Both the position numbers and the translations under genes were made by a program. The notes beneath the pieces were generated by a model. That model saw only the letters and a program-made list of their open reading frames with translations, ran no database searches and was not told the origin of the DNA. DNA of 32,000 bases from Pasteurella multocida. Its GTDB lineage: Bacteria > Pseudomonadota > Gammaproteobacteria > Enterobacterales > Pasteurellaceae. The stretch is from the NCBI RefSeq assembly GCF_900187275.1, contig NZ_LT906458.1, forward strand, positions 720,001 through 752,000. Direction: 5' to 3'. The stretch's first letter is position 1, and the number at the start of each line of letters is the position of its first letter. Shown here piece after piece: positions 1 through 9,749 of this stretch.

Positions 1-258
1 GCAGGCTTTGAAGTACTTTGGCAACAAGGTGCAGAAGATGATTTTGAAGATAGCTGGTTAGCACAACATACTGAGTTACGAGAAGATCGCTTACTCAGTT
101 ATTTAGACGCGGAAAAAGAAATGAAAGTCTTAAAATATCAATTAAAAGCGGTCAATATTGGCACTTTCCAGATTCCGCCAATTTATGCAGAAAGTATGTA
201 TGACCGTGCTATTAAAGCGTATTCCGCGAGTGAAGGACAAATTAAAGTCAGCAAATAA
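1..258 (+). CDS. 3' end (85 codons + TAA) of a bacterial alpha-2-macroglobulin family protein (YfhM-like). The 5' part lies outside the window.
   Basis: Frame 1 is open from the window edge to TAA 256-258. The translation AGFEVLWQQG...HTELREDRLLSYLD...YQLKAVNIGTFQIPPIYAESMYDRAIKAY fits the conserved C-terminal block of bacterial alpha-2-macroglobulins as I remember it (R-D/E-D-R ... [RK]AV..G.F..PP..AE.MY). A terminator follows. Confidence 0.55.
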   Translation, partial: AGFEVLWQQGAEDDFEDSWLAQHTELREDRLLSYLDAEKEMKVLKYQLKAVNIGTFQIPPIYAESMYDRAIKAYSASEGQIKVSK

Positions 259-273
259 TCCCGACTAACAAAT

Positions 274-302
274 ATGCCCACCAATTTGGTGGGCATTTTT
301 TT
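274..302 (+). terminator. Rho-independent terminator after the alpha-2-macroglobulin-like gene
   Basis: Perfect 9-bp stem ATGCCCACC (274-282) / GGTGGGCAT (288-296) with a 5-nt loop, followed by a T-run at 297-302. Confidence 0.8.
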
Positions 303-339
303 ATCTGTTTTCAGCACTGAAAATAAAACGCATTCAGCA

Positions 340-1311
<972 letters not shown>

Positions 1312-1351
1312 TCAGTTATCCTCTCACAGCACTGGCTGTATAAGAAAAAAC

Positions 1352-2389
1352 TTATTTTTTATAACGTTTATTTAATTCAGCATAACGCTTCACAGCCTTA
1401 CGAATTTGACCTGTTTTCGCTCTACGGCGAGGTTTTGTCACGTCAAGTTTCGTTTCCACCTCTGCTGGTAACCCAACTAATTCCCTTAGATAATTCACAT
1501 TGGTTAAATCCATTTCTTCCCAACCGCCTCGAGGTAACGATTTCATTAAAGAAATATTGCCATATCGAGTACGAATTAATCTGCTCACTTGTACACCTTG
1601 GGACTCCCATAGACGACGAACTTCGCGATTACGTCCCTCCATTAAAGTCACGTCGAACCATTGGTTCATGCCCACACCACCAGCAAATTTAATCTCTTTA
1701 AAATTGGCAGGACCGTCTTCTAATTGAACACCTTTTTTTAAGCGATGTAGCATCGCTTCATCAACTTGCCCGAAAACACGTACAGAATATTCACGCTCTA
1801 CTTCTCGACTTGGATGCATTAAACGGTTCGCTAATTCGCCATCGGTCGTGAAAAGCAACAATCCAGAAGTATTAATATCCAAGCGTCCGACAGCAATCCA
1901 ACGAGAACCGGTTAAACGTGGTAAACGGTCAAATACGGTCGGTCTTCCTTCAGGATCATGGCGCGTACATAACTCCCCTTCAGGTTTGTAATACATCAGT
2001 ACACGACACACTTCTTTTTGTGCATGAAGTAAATTAATAAGATGTCCATCAATACGGATTTTCACGCCAGCGTGTACATCAATACGATCACCTAGAGTGG
2101 CGATCTTTCCATCAACGCTGACACGATTTTCGGCAATCATCGCTTCTATTTCACGACGTGAACCTTGACCGGCTCGCGCTAACACTTTCTGTAGTTTTTC
2201 CCCTTCAACTAAGGCGTTCTTAACTGTGGGTTTTACACTATGGGTACTGGCTTTCACCGATTTCGGTTGTGCTTCTGTCACCTTTTTCACATTTTTACTC
2301 GCCACAGCATTCGCGTTTGTAGAACGTCGCGATGTTTTTTGCTCAACGTGCGGTTTATTTTGACGAGAATTTGATTTGGTAAACTTCAT
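1352..2389 (-). CDS. rluB: 23S rRNA pseudouridine synthase RluB, with a ~61-aa Lys/Ser-rich N-terminal extension
   Basis: S4 domain [19 protein letters not shown] starts at residue 64. [25 protein letters not shown] and [27 protein letters not shown] are collinear with E. coli RluB. ATG 2389 is preceded by SD AGAGGAAA. Confidence 0.9.
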   Translation of the reverse strand: MKFTKSNSRQNKPHVEQKTSRRSTNANAVASKNVKKVTEAQPKSVKASTHSVKPTVKNALVEGEKLQKVLARAGQGSRREIEAMIAENRVSVDGKIATLGDRIDVHAGVKIRIDGHLINLLHAQKEVCRVLMYYKPEGELCTRHDPEGRPTVFDRLPRLTGSRWIAVGRLDINTSGLLLFTTDGELANRLMHPSREVEREYSVRVFGQVDEAMLHRLKKGVQLEDGPANFKEIKFAGGVGMNQWFDVTLMEGRNREVRRLWESQGVQVSRLIRTRYGNISLMKSLPRGGWEEMDLTNVNYLRELVGLPAEVETKLDVTKPRRRAKTGQIRKAVKRYAELNKRYKK

Positions 2390-2437
2390 ATTTCCTCTAA
2401 TTTGTCGCTTTCACAAGCGTCTTTTTACGACATGATA

Positions 2438-3061
2438 TTAGACAAAAGGCGCGGTAGACCCACTCCCTTCGCGGATAATTATCGGGGTATCGTTTGTTAA
2501 ATCAACCACAGTTGTTGGTTCTGCGCCGAGATAACCACCATGAATAATCAAATCCACCTGTTTTTCTAAACGATCTCGAATCTCTTCAGGATCTGACTGG
2601 GTAACATTTTCCTCACCCGGTAACATCAAGGAACAAGATAAAATCGGCTCCCCTAAGGTGCTTAATAACGCTAATGCAATTTGATTGTCAGGTACACGAA
2701 TCCCAATAGTTTTACGTTTTGACGTCATTAAACGTCGTGGTAATTCTTTTGTTGCCGTTAAAATAAAAGTATAACGACCTGGCGTATTATTTTTAATCAA
2801 GCGGTACGCCATATTATTCACCAATGAATAGGTAGATAATTCTGATAAGTCACTGCAGACAAGTGTAAAATTATGCCCTTCAGGTAATTGGCGGATCTGT
2901 ACAATGCGATCCATCGCATGTTTATCACCGATCATACATCCCAGTGCATAACCAGAATCAGTCGGATAAACAATCACACCACCAGCACGCAAAATCTCCA
3001 CCGCTTGATTAATTAAACGTACTTGTGGATTTTCTGGATGAATATAAAAAAATTGACTCAT
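2438..3061 (-). CDS. yciO: YciO (Sua5/YrdC/YciO family, L-threonylcarbamoyladenylate synthase-like)
   Basis: MSQFFYIHPENPQVRLINQAVEILRAGGVIVYPTDSGYALGC... is collinear with remembered E. coli YciO over 207 aa. The yciO-rluB adjacency matches E. coli. Confidence 0.9.
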   Translation of the reverse strand: MSQFFYIHPENPQVRLINQAVEILRAGGVIVYPTDSGYALGCMIGDKHAMDRIVQIRQLPEGHNFTLVCSDLSELSTYSLVNNMAYRLIKNNTPGRYTFILTATKELPRRLMTSKRKTIGIRVPDNQIALALLSTLGEPILSCSLMLPGEENVTQSDPEEIRDRLEKQVDLIIHGGYLGAEPTTVVDLTNDTPIIIREGSGSTAPFV

Positions 3062-3302
3062 AATCTCAATATCCTTATGAATATATGGGCGGTATTATAC
3101 ACACTGTTAGGTCAATCCTATAACGATTTGAACGGAAAAAACGAAAAAATCCAACACGGACTTGATATCAAAAGACAACTGATTGGCGCCCCACATCGTT
3201 GTAGTTTTTAGTATTAAATAACCGAAAAAGCCACCAAGCAAATTGCCTGCTTAACAGATAAAAAAACCTCTCCTCATAAAATGAGTGTTCTAACTAAAGA
3301 TA

Positions 3303-3340
3303 AAAAACCCACGTTGGAAAAAAGACTAGCGTGGGTTTTT
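3303..3340. terminator. Candidate bidirectional hairpin terminator downstream of the sialidase gene
   Basis: AAAAACCCACG (3303-3313) pairs perfectly with CGTGGGTTTTT (3330-3340). The 16-nt loop lowers confidence. It lies 37 nt beyond the sialidase stop. Confidence 0.45.
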
Positions 3341-3376
3341 ATCTAATAAGTGAGAAGTATTTATCTCATCATCAAA

Positions 3377-5773
3377 TTACCAGTGATAACTTAAATTTAC
3401 GCCTAAACTCACTTCTGATGCTTGTGAGCCATATTTTTGTAGCTTCATTTTTGAACCTAGCGCAAGATGAGGCGTGAATTGTTTCTCAACCCCCACATTT
3501 AAAGCATAAACCATGTTAGTGGATTTTATTTTATATTGGTTATCCTGATAATTTGCTTGTGATAAAGTGAAACCATCTTTGATAAAAGCAATATTCGGTC
3601 GAATACTCACACTGATATCCGCTAAACGATAACGAATGTCAAGCCCTACATCACCTGCCATCACAAGACGTTTATTCACTGCGACATCTTCATCCAACAA
3701 CGTACGTGAAGAGAGCGATGTATAAGCACCAACAAATGGACTTAATGTCAAATGCGAATCAATATTCACGTTTTTCGCATAATTGATGTACAGATCAACA
3801 TTATGGTTCCGATCAATCACGTCATCATGTTTAACAGTTCGATAACGTAAAAAGGCCGCTAACACATTATCCTCTTTTGTGTATTGCGCCCTTACCCCAA
3901 AGGCATCGACTTTTTGTTTTTTATTTTCATGCTCATAAAACACTCCCGCTTGTGTTTGGTCAGTTAACCTTGTATTTAATCCAAGCGCAATTGTCGGACG
4001 GTGTTGGCTGTTTTTAATCACTGAATCGTACTCAACAAACACCTTATTATAGGTACTATAAAGAATATCCGTGTCATAGCTATTGAGCTTTTCACCTTGT
4101 TTTATGTACTTAGAAAAATCTAATGGCGTATTGAGCGCAAGAAAAGACCCATTTAACATAGCCATTAAGCCTTGTATACCAAGATAATTAAGGTAGGTTT
4201 CATTGGTCAGTTGTGTTAAATCACGTACTTCTCCAAGATCTCGCTTAAACTGTTTCATTTTAGAGGGCAGTGCTTTTCTCATCGCCACCGATTTTTGCTC
4301 AAGTGATGTTGCTTCGTCTTTTAATTCATGCATTTCTCGATTTAAGACGTTCGATTCAGCCACCGCATTATCATTCGCTCGGCGCATTTTGGCGCTTAGT
4401 GTCTCTTTTTGTCCTTTATTTAAATGTTCTAACGAATTGATTTTCTCCACTTCTGTCGCAATTTCATCGGTTAAACCCCATTCTGTGGCTTTTTCTTCAA
4501 TCGCTTGCATATGTTCGCTAAGATTTTTAACGGTAATATCACCATCGTCTTCAAAGGCAATAAATAAATTACCTTCTTTATAGGCTAAAGAAGAATACCC
4601 CGCACCCGCTCTGTTGCCTGAATCTGGTCTAATGATTGCTACTTGATGTTTATGGCTAGGGTCTTTTGCATCTAACATCCAAAGTGCCAAATTTCCTCTT
4701 GCATAGCCATCATTGCCATTACCATTTGGTTTTGACACTAATAAAACACGCTTTCCACTCGGTAAGGTCACATAAATCGATGAACCTTGTGAAGGAGCTG
4801 CTGTAGTCGCACTAAAGCCATTAACTGGTTCATAAACATGCCAAGTTTTTCCTAAATCTTCAGTGTAATACGCCCACCTTGTTTTTTGTCTATTATCTTC
4901 TCGCCCTGTCATCACTAACTTATTGTCAATTTCGAATACCATATTTTCTAAAGAACTTTGATTCGGTGCTAACGCATTATTAATTGCCGGCATGTCCCAG
5001 GTTTTTCCATTATCTTTCGAATACATAATTGTCGTGGCAATACCTTCACGATGTGCTGTTTGGATTGGGAAAACTAATGTACCGTCTTTCATCACAATTC
5101 CCGTTCCCACACCGCCTAAAAATCCAATTGTGGGATTACCTACCCCTTTTTGTACTTTCATAAAAACATCGCGATTCACAGTATTGCTGAATTCAGTATT
5201 TTTTTGCCAACTTAATCCACCATCAGTGGATTTATAAATTGTTGCCGCCCAAATATTCTGATTAAAATAGCTTAGTCTGTCTCGATACCAGTTTTGTGTT
5301 CCTGCCGCCCAAGTGCCGTGCATCACATATAAACTGCCATCAATGCTGTTGTACAATAATGTCGGGTCCATCGCACGACGCAAAGAAATTTTTGAATCAT
5401 TAAAATTCCAAGCGGTAATTCTTTTCCAACTATGCCCCCCATCTTCTGAAATCGCGGCGCCAGGATCGATACGATTTTGGTCACTTGCTGTCTTCCACCG
5501 TAAATCAAACATCACAACCATTTTATTATCATCTGTAATCGTCATAGCTGGAATACGGCTATAAGGTAGTGTAACTGTTCCACCCGCTTCGCCATTCGGT
5601 CCTATCCCTGGCCAAGGTTGACCTTCTTTATTTACAGTAAAACCATCAACGCCTACCCTTTTCGTCACATTAGTTAAATTTTCATGCAAATCAGCTTTCC
5701 AAAAGCTGTTACCATGTACTGCCATTGAAGTAGAGAGTGCGAGTAAAGACAACAAGAACACCGGCTTTTTCAT
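3377..5773 (-). CDS. nanH: Sialidase (neuraminidase) autotransporter: signal peptide, BNR/Asp-box beta-propeller passenger, coiled-coil linker, C-terminal beta-barrel
   Basis: Start moved from track 5875 to ATG 5773, behind SD AAGGAG (reverse complement of 5780-5785). Signal peptide is MKKPVFLLSLLALSTSMAVHG. RIP motif is YSRIPAM. There are four Asp-boxes: SEDGGHSW, STDGGLSW, SKDNGKTW and TEDLGKTW. The linker is charged and helical (EEKATEW...LEQKSVAMRKAL). The last ~260 aa show alternating beta-strand patterning and end ...LGVNLSYHW. The symbol follows P. multocida NanH and is less certain than the call. Confidence 0.85.
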   Translation of the reverse strand: MKKPVFLLSLLALSTSMAVHGNSFWKADLHENLTNVTKRVGVDGFTVNKEGQPWPGIGPNGEAGGTVTLPYSRIPAMTITDDNKMVVMFDLRWKTASDQNRIDPGAAISEDGGHSWKRITAWNFNDSKISLRRAMDPTLLYNSIDGSLYVMHGTWAAGTQNWYRDRLSYFNQNIWAATIYKSTDGGLSWQKNTEFSNTVNRDVFMKVQKGVGNPTIGFLGGVGTGIVMKDGTLVFPIQTAHREGIATTIMYSKDNGKTWDMPAINNALAPNQSSLENMVFEIDNKLVMTGREDNRQKTRWAYYTEDLGKTWHVYEPVNGFSATTAAPSQGSSIYVTLPSGKRVLLVSKPNGNGNDGYARGNLALWMLDAKDPSHKHQVAIIRPDSGNRAGAGYSSLAYKEGNLFIAFEDDGDITVKNLSEHMQAIEEKATEWGLTDEIATEVEKINSLEHLNKGQKETLSAKMRRANDNAVAESNVLNREMHELKDEATSLEQKSVAMRKALPSKMKQFKRDLGEVRDLTQLTNETYLNYLGIQGLMAMLNGSFLALNTPLDFSKYIKQGEKLNSYDTDILYSTYNKVFVEYDSVIKNSQHRPTIALGLNTRLTDQTQAGVFYEHENKKQKVDAFGVRAQYTKEDNVLAAFLRYRTVKHDDVIDRNHNVDLYINYAKNVNIDSHLTLSPFVGAYTSLSSRTLLDEDVAVNKRLVMAGDVGLDIRYRLADISVSIRPNIAFIKDGFTLSQANYQDNQYKIKSTNMVYALNVGVEKQFTPHLALGSKMKLQKYGSQASEVSLGVNLSYHW

Positions 5774-5994
5774 TTTATTCTCCTTAGGATTATTTTCGTA
5801 TAGGGGTAAAAAATTGATTAATTTCAAGTCTATAAACATCGAATAAAAAAACAACCCCCTCAAAAATTCCCCCATAAACCCTATATTAGAAATGAGTCAA
5901 GCAAAAAATGGAGCAAGATCATCATCTTAATAAGAAAAACGGAGTTAATTTGTAGAAAAATAGCCAATTTGTGTCCTAAACTTTTTTTCTTAAT

Positions 5995-6010
5995 TGTGAA
6001 GCAGATCAAA
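5995..6010. promoter_or_regulatory. Candidate CRP-type site in the sialidase upstream region
   Basis: TGTGA-AGCAGA-TCAAA matches TGTGA-N6-TCACA at 9/10 positions, with AT-rich flanks (AATTGTGAAGCAGATCAAATTT). No convincing -10/-35 could be placed at class I or class II spacing. Confidence 0.3.
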
Positions 6011-6074
6011 TTTCATCCACGTTACGCCAAATAAAAACCGTCTTAAACATTTGTTTTTTATAAATAAAAAACAT

Positions 6075-6099
6075 AAAAAAAGACGGGCTTCCCCGTCTT
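6075..6099 (-). terminator. Rho-independent terminator of aroF-tyrA
   Basis: On the minus strand the stem is AAGACGGG / CCCGTCTT (6080-6087 and 6092-6099 on +) with a 4-nt loop, followed by a T-run (reverse complement of A-run 6075-6080). It lies 16 nt after the tyrA stop. Confidence 0.85.
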
Positions 6100-6114
6100 C
6101 TTGTGCTTATGACA

Positions 6115-7239
6115 TTAAATTTGTCGATAATCATTTGCTTGTTGGAGCAACTGGCGACTTTCTTTCAGAAACTGCTCCGAGTATTCACCAAACCATTGTT
6201 TAACTTGCTCAAAGCTGTCAATGAATGCTTGCTTGTCGCCATGGGTAAAAAATGCCAAACTTTCTTCATAACTTTGCTTTAAACTCTCAATGACCGCGAG
6301 ATTTTCAGGCTTATCTAAAATAATATCGGCATAAAGTTCTGCATCTTGTGCAAATAAACGCCCAATCATCGCCAATTCTAAGCGATAAATTGGCGAAGAA
6401 AGTGCCAATAAATTCGCTAATTGAACCGGTTGTTTTGATAAATGTAAGCCATTAGCAAAAGTGGAAAAGTGTCGCAACGCTTGTACATACGTCATACTAT
6501 GATCGTGTTCAGTCGCCTCAACTTGGTAAAATTTTGCCCCCCAAATTTGTATTTGAGTGATCAGCCATTGATAACGTGATTCAAAACGACCATCACAGCG
6601 TACAATCACTTGTTTTGCCATGCTGGCGATATCCGGACCAAACATTGGATGTAAACCTAATACCGCGCCAGCGTGTACGTCTAACATCGCTTGTAATGGT
6701 GCACGCTTAACTGAAGTTAAATCCACCAACAGCATATTATCTGTCAAATAAGGCTTCAAACGTTTAATTGTTTCGACGGTTTTGGCGATCGGTACCGAAA
6801 CAACAATCACATCTGTTTCGTTCAAAATCTTGTCCGCACTTTGCCAATCCTGTTGCTCTAAAATCTCAACATAGTAACCAGACAATGTGAAATAACGTGC
6901 AAACAAGCTACCAAGTTTCCCTCCCCCACCTACGATCACGATTTTTTTGATCGCCGGATTCACGGTTTTAAAACCAAATTGGTTTTCCCGCGCATAAGAT
7001 TCTCGCATGATACGACGTAATACATCTTCAATTAAATCAGCAGATACCCCTAACGTTTCAGCTTCCGCACGGCGGGCGTTGAGCATCTCCGCTTCACGTT
7101 CTGGCACATAAATCGGCAGACCTTGTTGATGCTTGACTTCACCGACTTGTTTCACTAACTCAAGTCGCTGTGCTAAAAGCTGTAATAACTGACGATCAAC
7201 TTGATCAATCTGTGTTCTTAACTTATTTAACGTATCCAC
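6115..7239 (-). CDS. tyrA: Bifunctional chorismate mutase / prephenate dehydrogenase (T-protein)
   Basis: Chorismate mutase region [47 protein letters not shown]. Rossmann motif [11 protein letters not shown]. ...[20 protein letters not shown]... is collinear with E. coli TyrA. GTG start 7239 has SD AAGGA overlapping the aroF stop. Confidence 0.93.
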   Translation of the reverse strand: MDTLNKLRTQIDQVDRQLLQLLAQRLELVKQVGEVKHQQGLPIYVPEREAEMLNARRAEAETLGVSADLIEDVLRRIMRESYARENQFGFKTVNPAIKKIVIVGGGGKLGSLFARYFTLSGYYVEILEQQDWQSADKILNETDVIVVSVPIAKTVETIKRLKPYLTDNMLLVDLTSVKRAPLQAMLDVHAGAVLGLHPMFGPDIASMAKQVIVRCDGRFESRYQWLITQIQIWGAKFYQVEATEHDHSMTYVQALRHFSTFANGLHLSKQPVQLANLLALSSPIYRLELAMIGRLFAQDAELYADIILDKPENLAVIESLKQSYEESLAFFTHGDKQAFIDSFEQVKQWFGEYSEQFLKESRQLLQQANDYRQI

Positions 7240-7248
7240 GTTGCATCC

Positions 7249-8301
7249 TTATTTTTGGCGCAATGCGCTCGTCATTTCACGCAATAATTGTTCTGTCGTC
7301 TGCCAATCAATACAGGCATCCGTAATCGAAACTCCATATTGCATTTCACTCAATGGCTGATCAGCACTTTGATTACCTGCGTATAAATGACTTTCTAACA
7401 TCAACCCGATAATAGAGCGATTTCCCTTCACAATTTGCTGTACGGCATTTTTTGCCACTTTCGGCTGCAAACGGTAATCTTTATTCGAGTTACCATGGCT
7501 ACAATCGATCATAATTGCTTGCGTCAAACCTGCTTTTTGCAATTCTTGTTCACAAAGTGCGATATGTTCAGCTTCATAATTTGGTGATTTTCCGCCACGC
7601 AAAATCACATGCCCATTGGGGTTGCCCGCTGTATGTAATAGATTGACTTGACCTTGTTGATTAATCCCAATAAAACTGTGTCCAACTGACGCTGCTTTCA
7701 TTGCATTAATTGCGGTGGCTAAACTGCCATCCGTACCATTTTTAAATCCCACTGCCATGGATAACCCTGATGACATTTCTCTGTGCGTTTGTGATTCTGT
7801 CGTTCTCGCACCAATCGCAGACCAACTAAATAGATCAGCAATATATTGCGGCATAATGGGATCAAGTGCTTCGGTTGCCAAAGGGAGTCCCATTTCAGCT
7901 AGCTCTAGCAGTAATGCTCGTGCAATATGTAAGCCATGTTCCACATCAAATGAACCATCCAATTTCGGATCATTAATCAATCCTTTCCAGCCAACAGTTG
8001 TTCTTGGTTTTTCAAAATACACTCGCATCACAATATACAATTGATCTTGTAATTCTTCTGCTAAGTGTTTTAAACGTGAAGCGTATTCTAAAGCCGCGAT
8101 CGGATCATGAATAGAACATGGTCCAATCACAACCAATAAACGCTGATCTTTTTTATGGATGATATTCGCAATATCACGGCGTGATTGCGCTATTTGGCTA
8201 CGAAGAGGAAGGGATAAAGGGAGTTTTTCCTTCAATTCTTTTGGGGTAATCAGTACCTTTTCACCAACAATATTGACATTATGTATGTTATCTTTATTCA
8301 C
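7249..8301 (-). CDS. aroF: 3-deoxy-7-phosphoheptulonate (DAHP) synthase, class I-alpha. Probably the Tyr-sensitive isozyme.
   Basis: LLVVIGPCSIHDP, MRVYFEKPRTTVGWKGLINDP, IGARTTESQTHREM and DCSHGNSNKDY are collinear with E. coli AroF. GTG start 8301 lies behind AAGGAA. The isozyme assignment rests on the tyrA operon context and the TyrR boxes. Confidence 0.88.
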   Translation of the reverse strand: MNKDNIHNVNIVGEKVLITPKELKEKLPLSLPLRSQIAQSRRDIANIIHKKDQRLLVVIGPCSIHDPIAALEYASRLKHLAEELQDQLYIVMRVYFEKPRTTVGWKGLINDPKLDGSFDVEHGLHIARALLLELAEMGLPLATEALDPIMPQYIADLFSWSAIGARTTESQTHREMSSGLSMAVGFKNGTDGSLATAINAMKAASVGHSFIGINQQGQVNLLHTAGNPNGHVILRGGKSPNYEAEHIALCEQELQKAGLTQAIMIDCSHGNSNKDYRLQPKVAKNAVQQIVKGNRSIIGLMLESHLYAGNQSADQPLSEMQYGVSITDACIDWQTTEQLLREMTSALRQK

Positions 8302-8345
8302 TTTTTATTCCTTAGTACATCATTATTTTTGAACATATTAAATCA

Positions 8346-8386
8346 TGTAAACATTTATATACACTAAATGTAATAAATAATTTACA
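8346..8386. promoter_or_regulatory. Two adjacent TyrR boxes upstream of aroF-tyrA
   Basis: Box 1 (8346-8363) is TGTAAA-CATTTA-TATACA. Box 2 (8369-8386) is TGTAAT-AAATAA-TTTACA. Each matches TGTAAA-N6-TTTACA at 11/12 positions, and their centres are 23 bp apart. Box 1 lies 45-62 bp upstream of the aroF GTG. Confidence 0.65.
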
Positions 8387-8426
8387 TTAAATTTTCAAGA
8401 GATTCAATCACTAAAAGAGCGACTTG

Positions 8427-8446
8427 ATAAAATAATGTTATTTTAT
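8427..8446. promoter_or_regulatory. AT-only perfect palindrome in the aroF/ferritin divergent region (candidate operator, Fur-box-like in character)
   Basis: ATAAAATAA-TG-TTATTTTAT has 9-bp perfect arms. In context it reads tGATAAAATAATGTTATTTTATa. Such palindromes are not rare by chance in AT-rich DNA. Confidence 0.3.
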
Positions 8447-8583
8447 AGGTTCCTTTTAATTGTTAATAGGTTGATAAAAAACAATTGATAATCCCTTTCA
8501 GTTACAATCTCTAAATGAGAATAGTTTTTGTTGGATTTTTCTTTAAAATTAATTAGTTACAACAAATAACAACTAAAAATCGC

Positions 8584-8612
8584 TTGCTTATTCTCAATAA
8601 CGTCTATACAAT
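8584..8612 (+). promoter_or_regulatory. Candidate sigma70 promoter of the ferritin operon
   Basis: -35 TTGCTT (8584-8589), 17-bp spacer, -10 TACAAT (8607-8612), about 75 nt upstream of ATG 8686. The spacer contains TATTCTCA (8589-8596), the inverted copy of TGAGAATA at 8516-8523. Confidence 0.5.
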
Positions 8613-8685
8613 GCCCACATCAAATAGATTAAATAACAATCTATTATTCATTATTTTTTAACATATCAACGGAAAGGGGTCAGTT

Positions 8686-9171
8686 ATGCTAAGTCAAGCA
8701 ATTGCTGAGAAGCTAAATGAACAAATTAATCTGGAATTTTATTCATCAAATGTCTATTTACAAATGAGCGCATGGTGTGCACATCACGGTTACGAAGGTG
8801 CAGCTGCCTTTCTTTTACGCCATGCTGATGAAGAAATGGAACACATGCAAAAATTATTTAATTACGTCAGTGAAACCAGTGGCATGCCTTTACTTGGCAA
8901 AATTGAAGCCCCGAAAAATGATTACAAAACATTAAAAGAAATTTTTGAAATCACACTTGAACATGAAAAATTCGTCACATCTAAAATCAATGAATTGGTT
9001 GAAGTGACTTTCGCGCATAAAGATTATTCAACATTCAATTTTTTACAATGGTATGTCGCGGAACAACATGAAGAAGAAATGCTGTTTAATAGCATTATTG
9101 ACAAATTCAACTTATTAGGTGAAGACGGTCGTTCGCTTTATTTTATCGATCGCGATCTCGCCACACTATAA
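8686..9171 (+). CDS. ftnA: Ferritin (non-haem bacterial ferritin), first of a tandem pair
   Basis: 161 aa. Ferroxidase-centre pattern: E in NLEFYSS, Y in VYLQM, EEMEH, E in EHEK, Q/E in AEQHEEE. SD GAAAGGGG precedes the ATG. Confidence 0.9.
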   Translation: MLSQAIAEKLNEQINLEFYSSNVYLQMSAWCAHHGYEGAAAFLLRHADEEMEHMQKLFNYVSETSGMPLLGKIEAPKNDYKTLKEIFEITLEHEKFVTSKINELVEVTFAHKDYSTFNFLQWYVAEQHEEEMLFNSIIDKFNLLGEDGRSLYFIDRDLATL

Positions 9172-9186
9172 TTTAGGAGAAGAACG

Positions 9187-9684
9187 ATGTTATCACAAAA
9201 TGTTATCAATTTACTCAACGAACAAATGAATTTGGAGTTCTATTCTTCTAATTTATATTTACAAATGAGCGCGTGGTGCGAACAAAACGGCTTTGACGGT
9301 ACCGCCAAATTCCTCGCTGCACATGCGGCTGAAGAAATGCAACATATGCGTAAATTATTTACCTATTTAAATGAAACTGGCGCACTCGCTATTATTGGTG
9401 AAATCGCCGCGCCTGCACATCAGTATGGGTCATTAAAAGAGGTGTTAGAGATCACTTATCAACATGAAAAATTGATTACAGCAAAAATCAATGAATTAGT
9501 GGGGAAAACCTTTGAAGAAAAAGATTATTCTGCTTTTAACTTCTTACAATGGTATGTCGCAGAGCAACATGAAGAAGAGAAACTATTTAGTGGGATTTTA
9601 GATAAACTGAATTTACTCGGTGAAGATGGTAAAGGCTTATTCTTGATTGATAAAGATTTAGGAAATTTAGCTAACAGTAAATAA
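9187..9684 (+). CDS. ftnB: Ferritin paralogue, second of the tandem pair
   Basis: 165 aa and clearly paralogous to the upstream gene ([22 protein letters not shown]..., [20 protein letters not shown]). It starts 15 nt after the first stop behind SD AGGAGAAG. The symbol is positional only and ferroxidase residues appear retained. Confidence 0.88.
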   Translation: MLSQNVINLLNEQMNLEFYSSNLYLQMSAWCEQNGFDGTAKFLAAHAAEEMQHMRKLFTYLNETGALAIIGEIAAPAHQYGSLKEVLEITYQHEKLITAKINELVGKTFEEKDYSAFNFLQWYVAEQHEEEKLFSGILDKLNLLGEDGKGLFLIDKDLGNLANSK

Positions 9685-9698
9685 TCACAACATACTGC

Positions 9699-9727
9699 AA
9701 AGGCACGTTTTGAAACGTGCCTTTTTT
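9699..9727. terminator. Terminator after the ferritin pair, usable from both strands
   Basis: The stem AAAGGCACGTT / AACGTGCCTTT is followed by T6 at 9722-9727. Confidence 0.8.
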
Positions 9728-9749
9728 ATTCAAAATAGACCGAAAAAAC

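Noticed and set aside
3023-3211. 62-aa plus-strand ORF in the yciO upstream region
   Set aside because: It overlaps the yciO start codon region, lacks an SD, and its translation shows no recognisable motif.
3262-3327. 21-codon ORF (MSVLTKDKKPTLEKRLAWVFI) downstream of the sialidase gene
   Set aside because: It runs through the terminator hairpin, has no SD, and gives no reason to expect translation.
4203-5564. ORFs 4203-4583, 4992-5237 and 5313-5564 (+) and 5323-5508 (-)
   Set aside because: All are nested in, or antisense to, the sialidase gene. Their Ser/Cys/Phe-rich translations are typical of shadow frames.
5774-5875. 34-codon N-terminal extension of the sialidase ORF on the track
   Set aside because: The extension precedes a canonical SD plus signal peptide at ATG 5773 and has no SD of its own. 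Similar upstream extensions were trimmed for fnr (9908), uspE (10829), nagK (17778), pgpB (18610), ribA (18506, TTG), ybaN (21234, TTG) and prlC (21287).
7715-8044. 109-aa plus-strand ORF
   Set aside because: It is antisense to the DAHP synthase gene.
8471-8484. TTGAT-AAAA-AACAA as an FNR site upstream of the ferritin genes
   Set aside because: It matches at 9/10 positions but lies in very AT-rich sequence where such matches are common. It is about 130 bp from the predicted ferritin promoter, and no supporting context exists.
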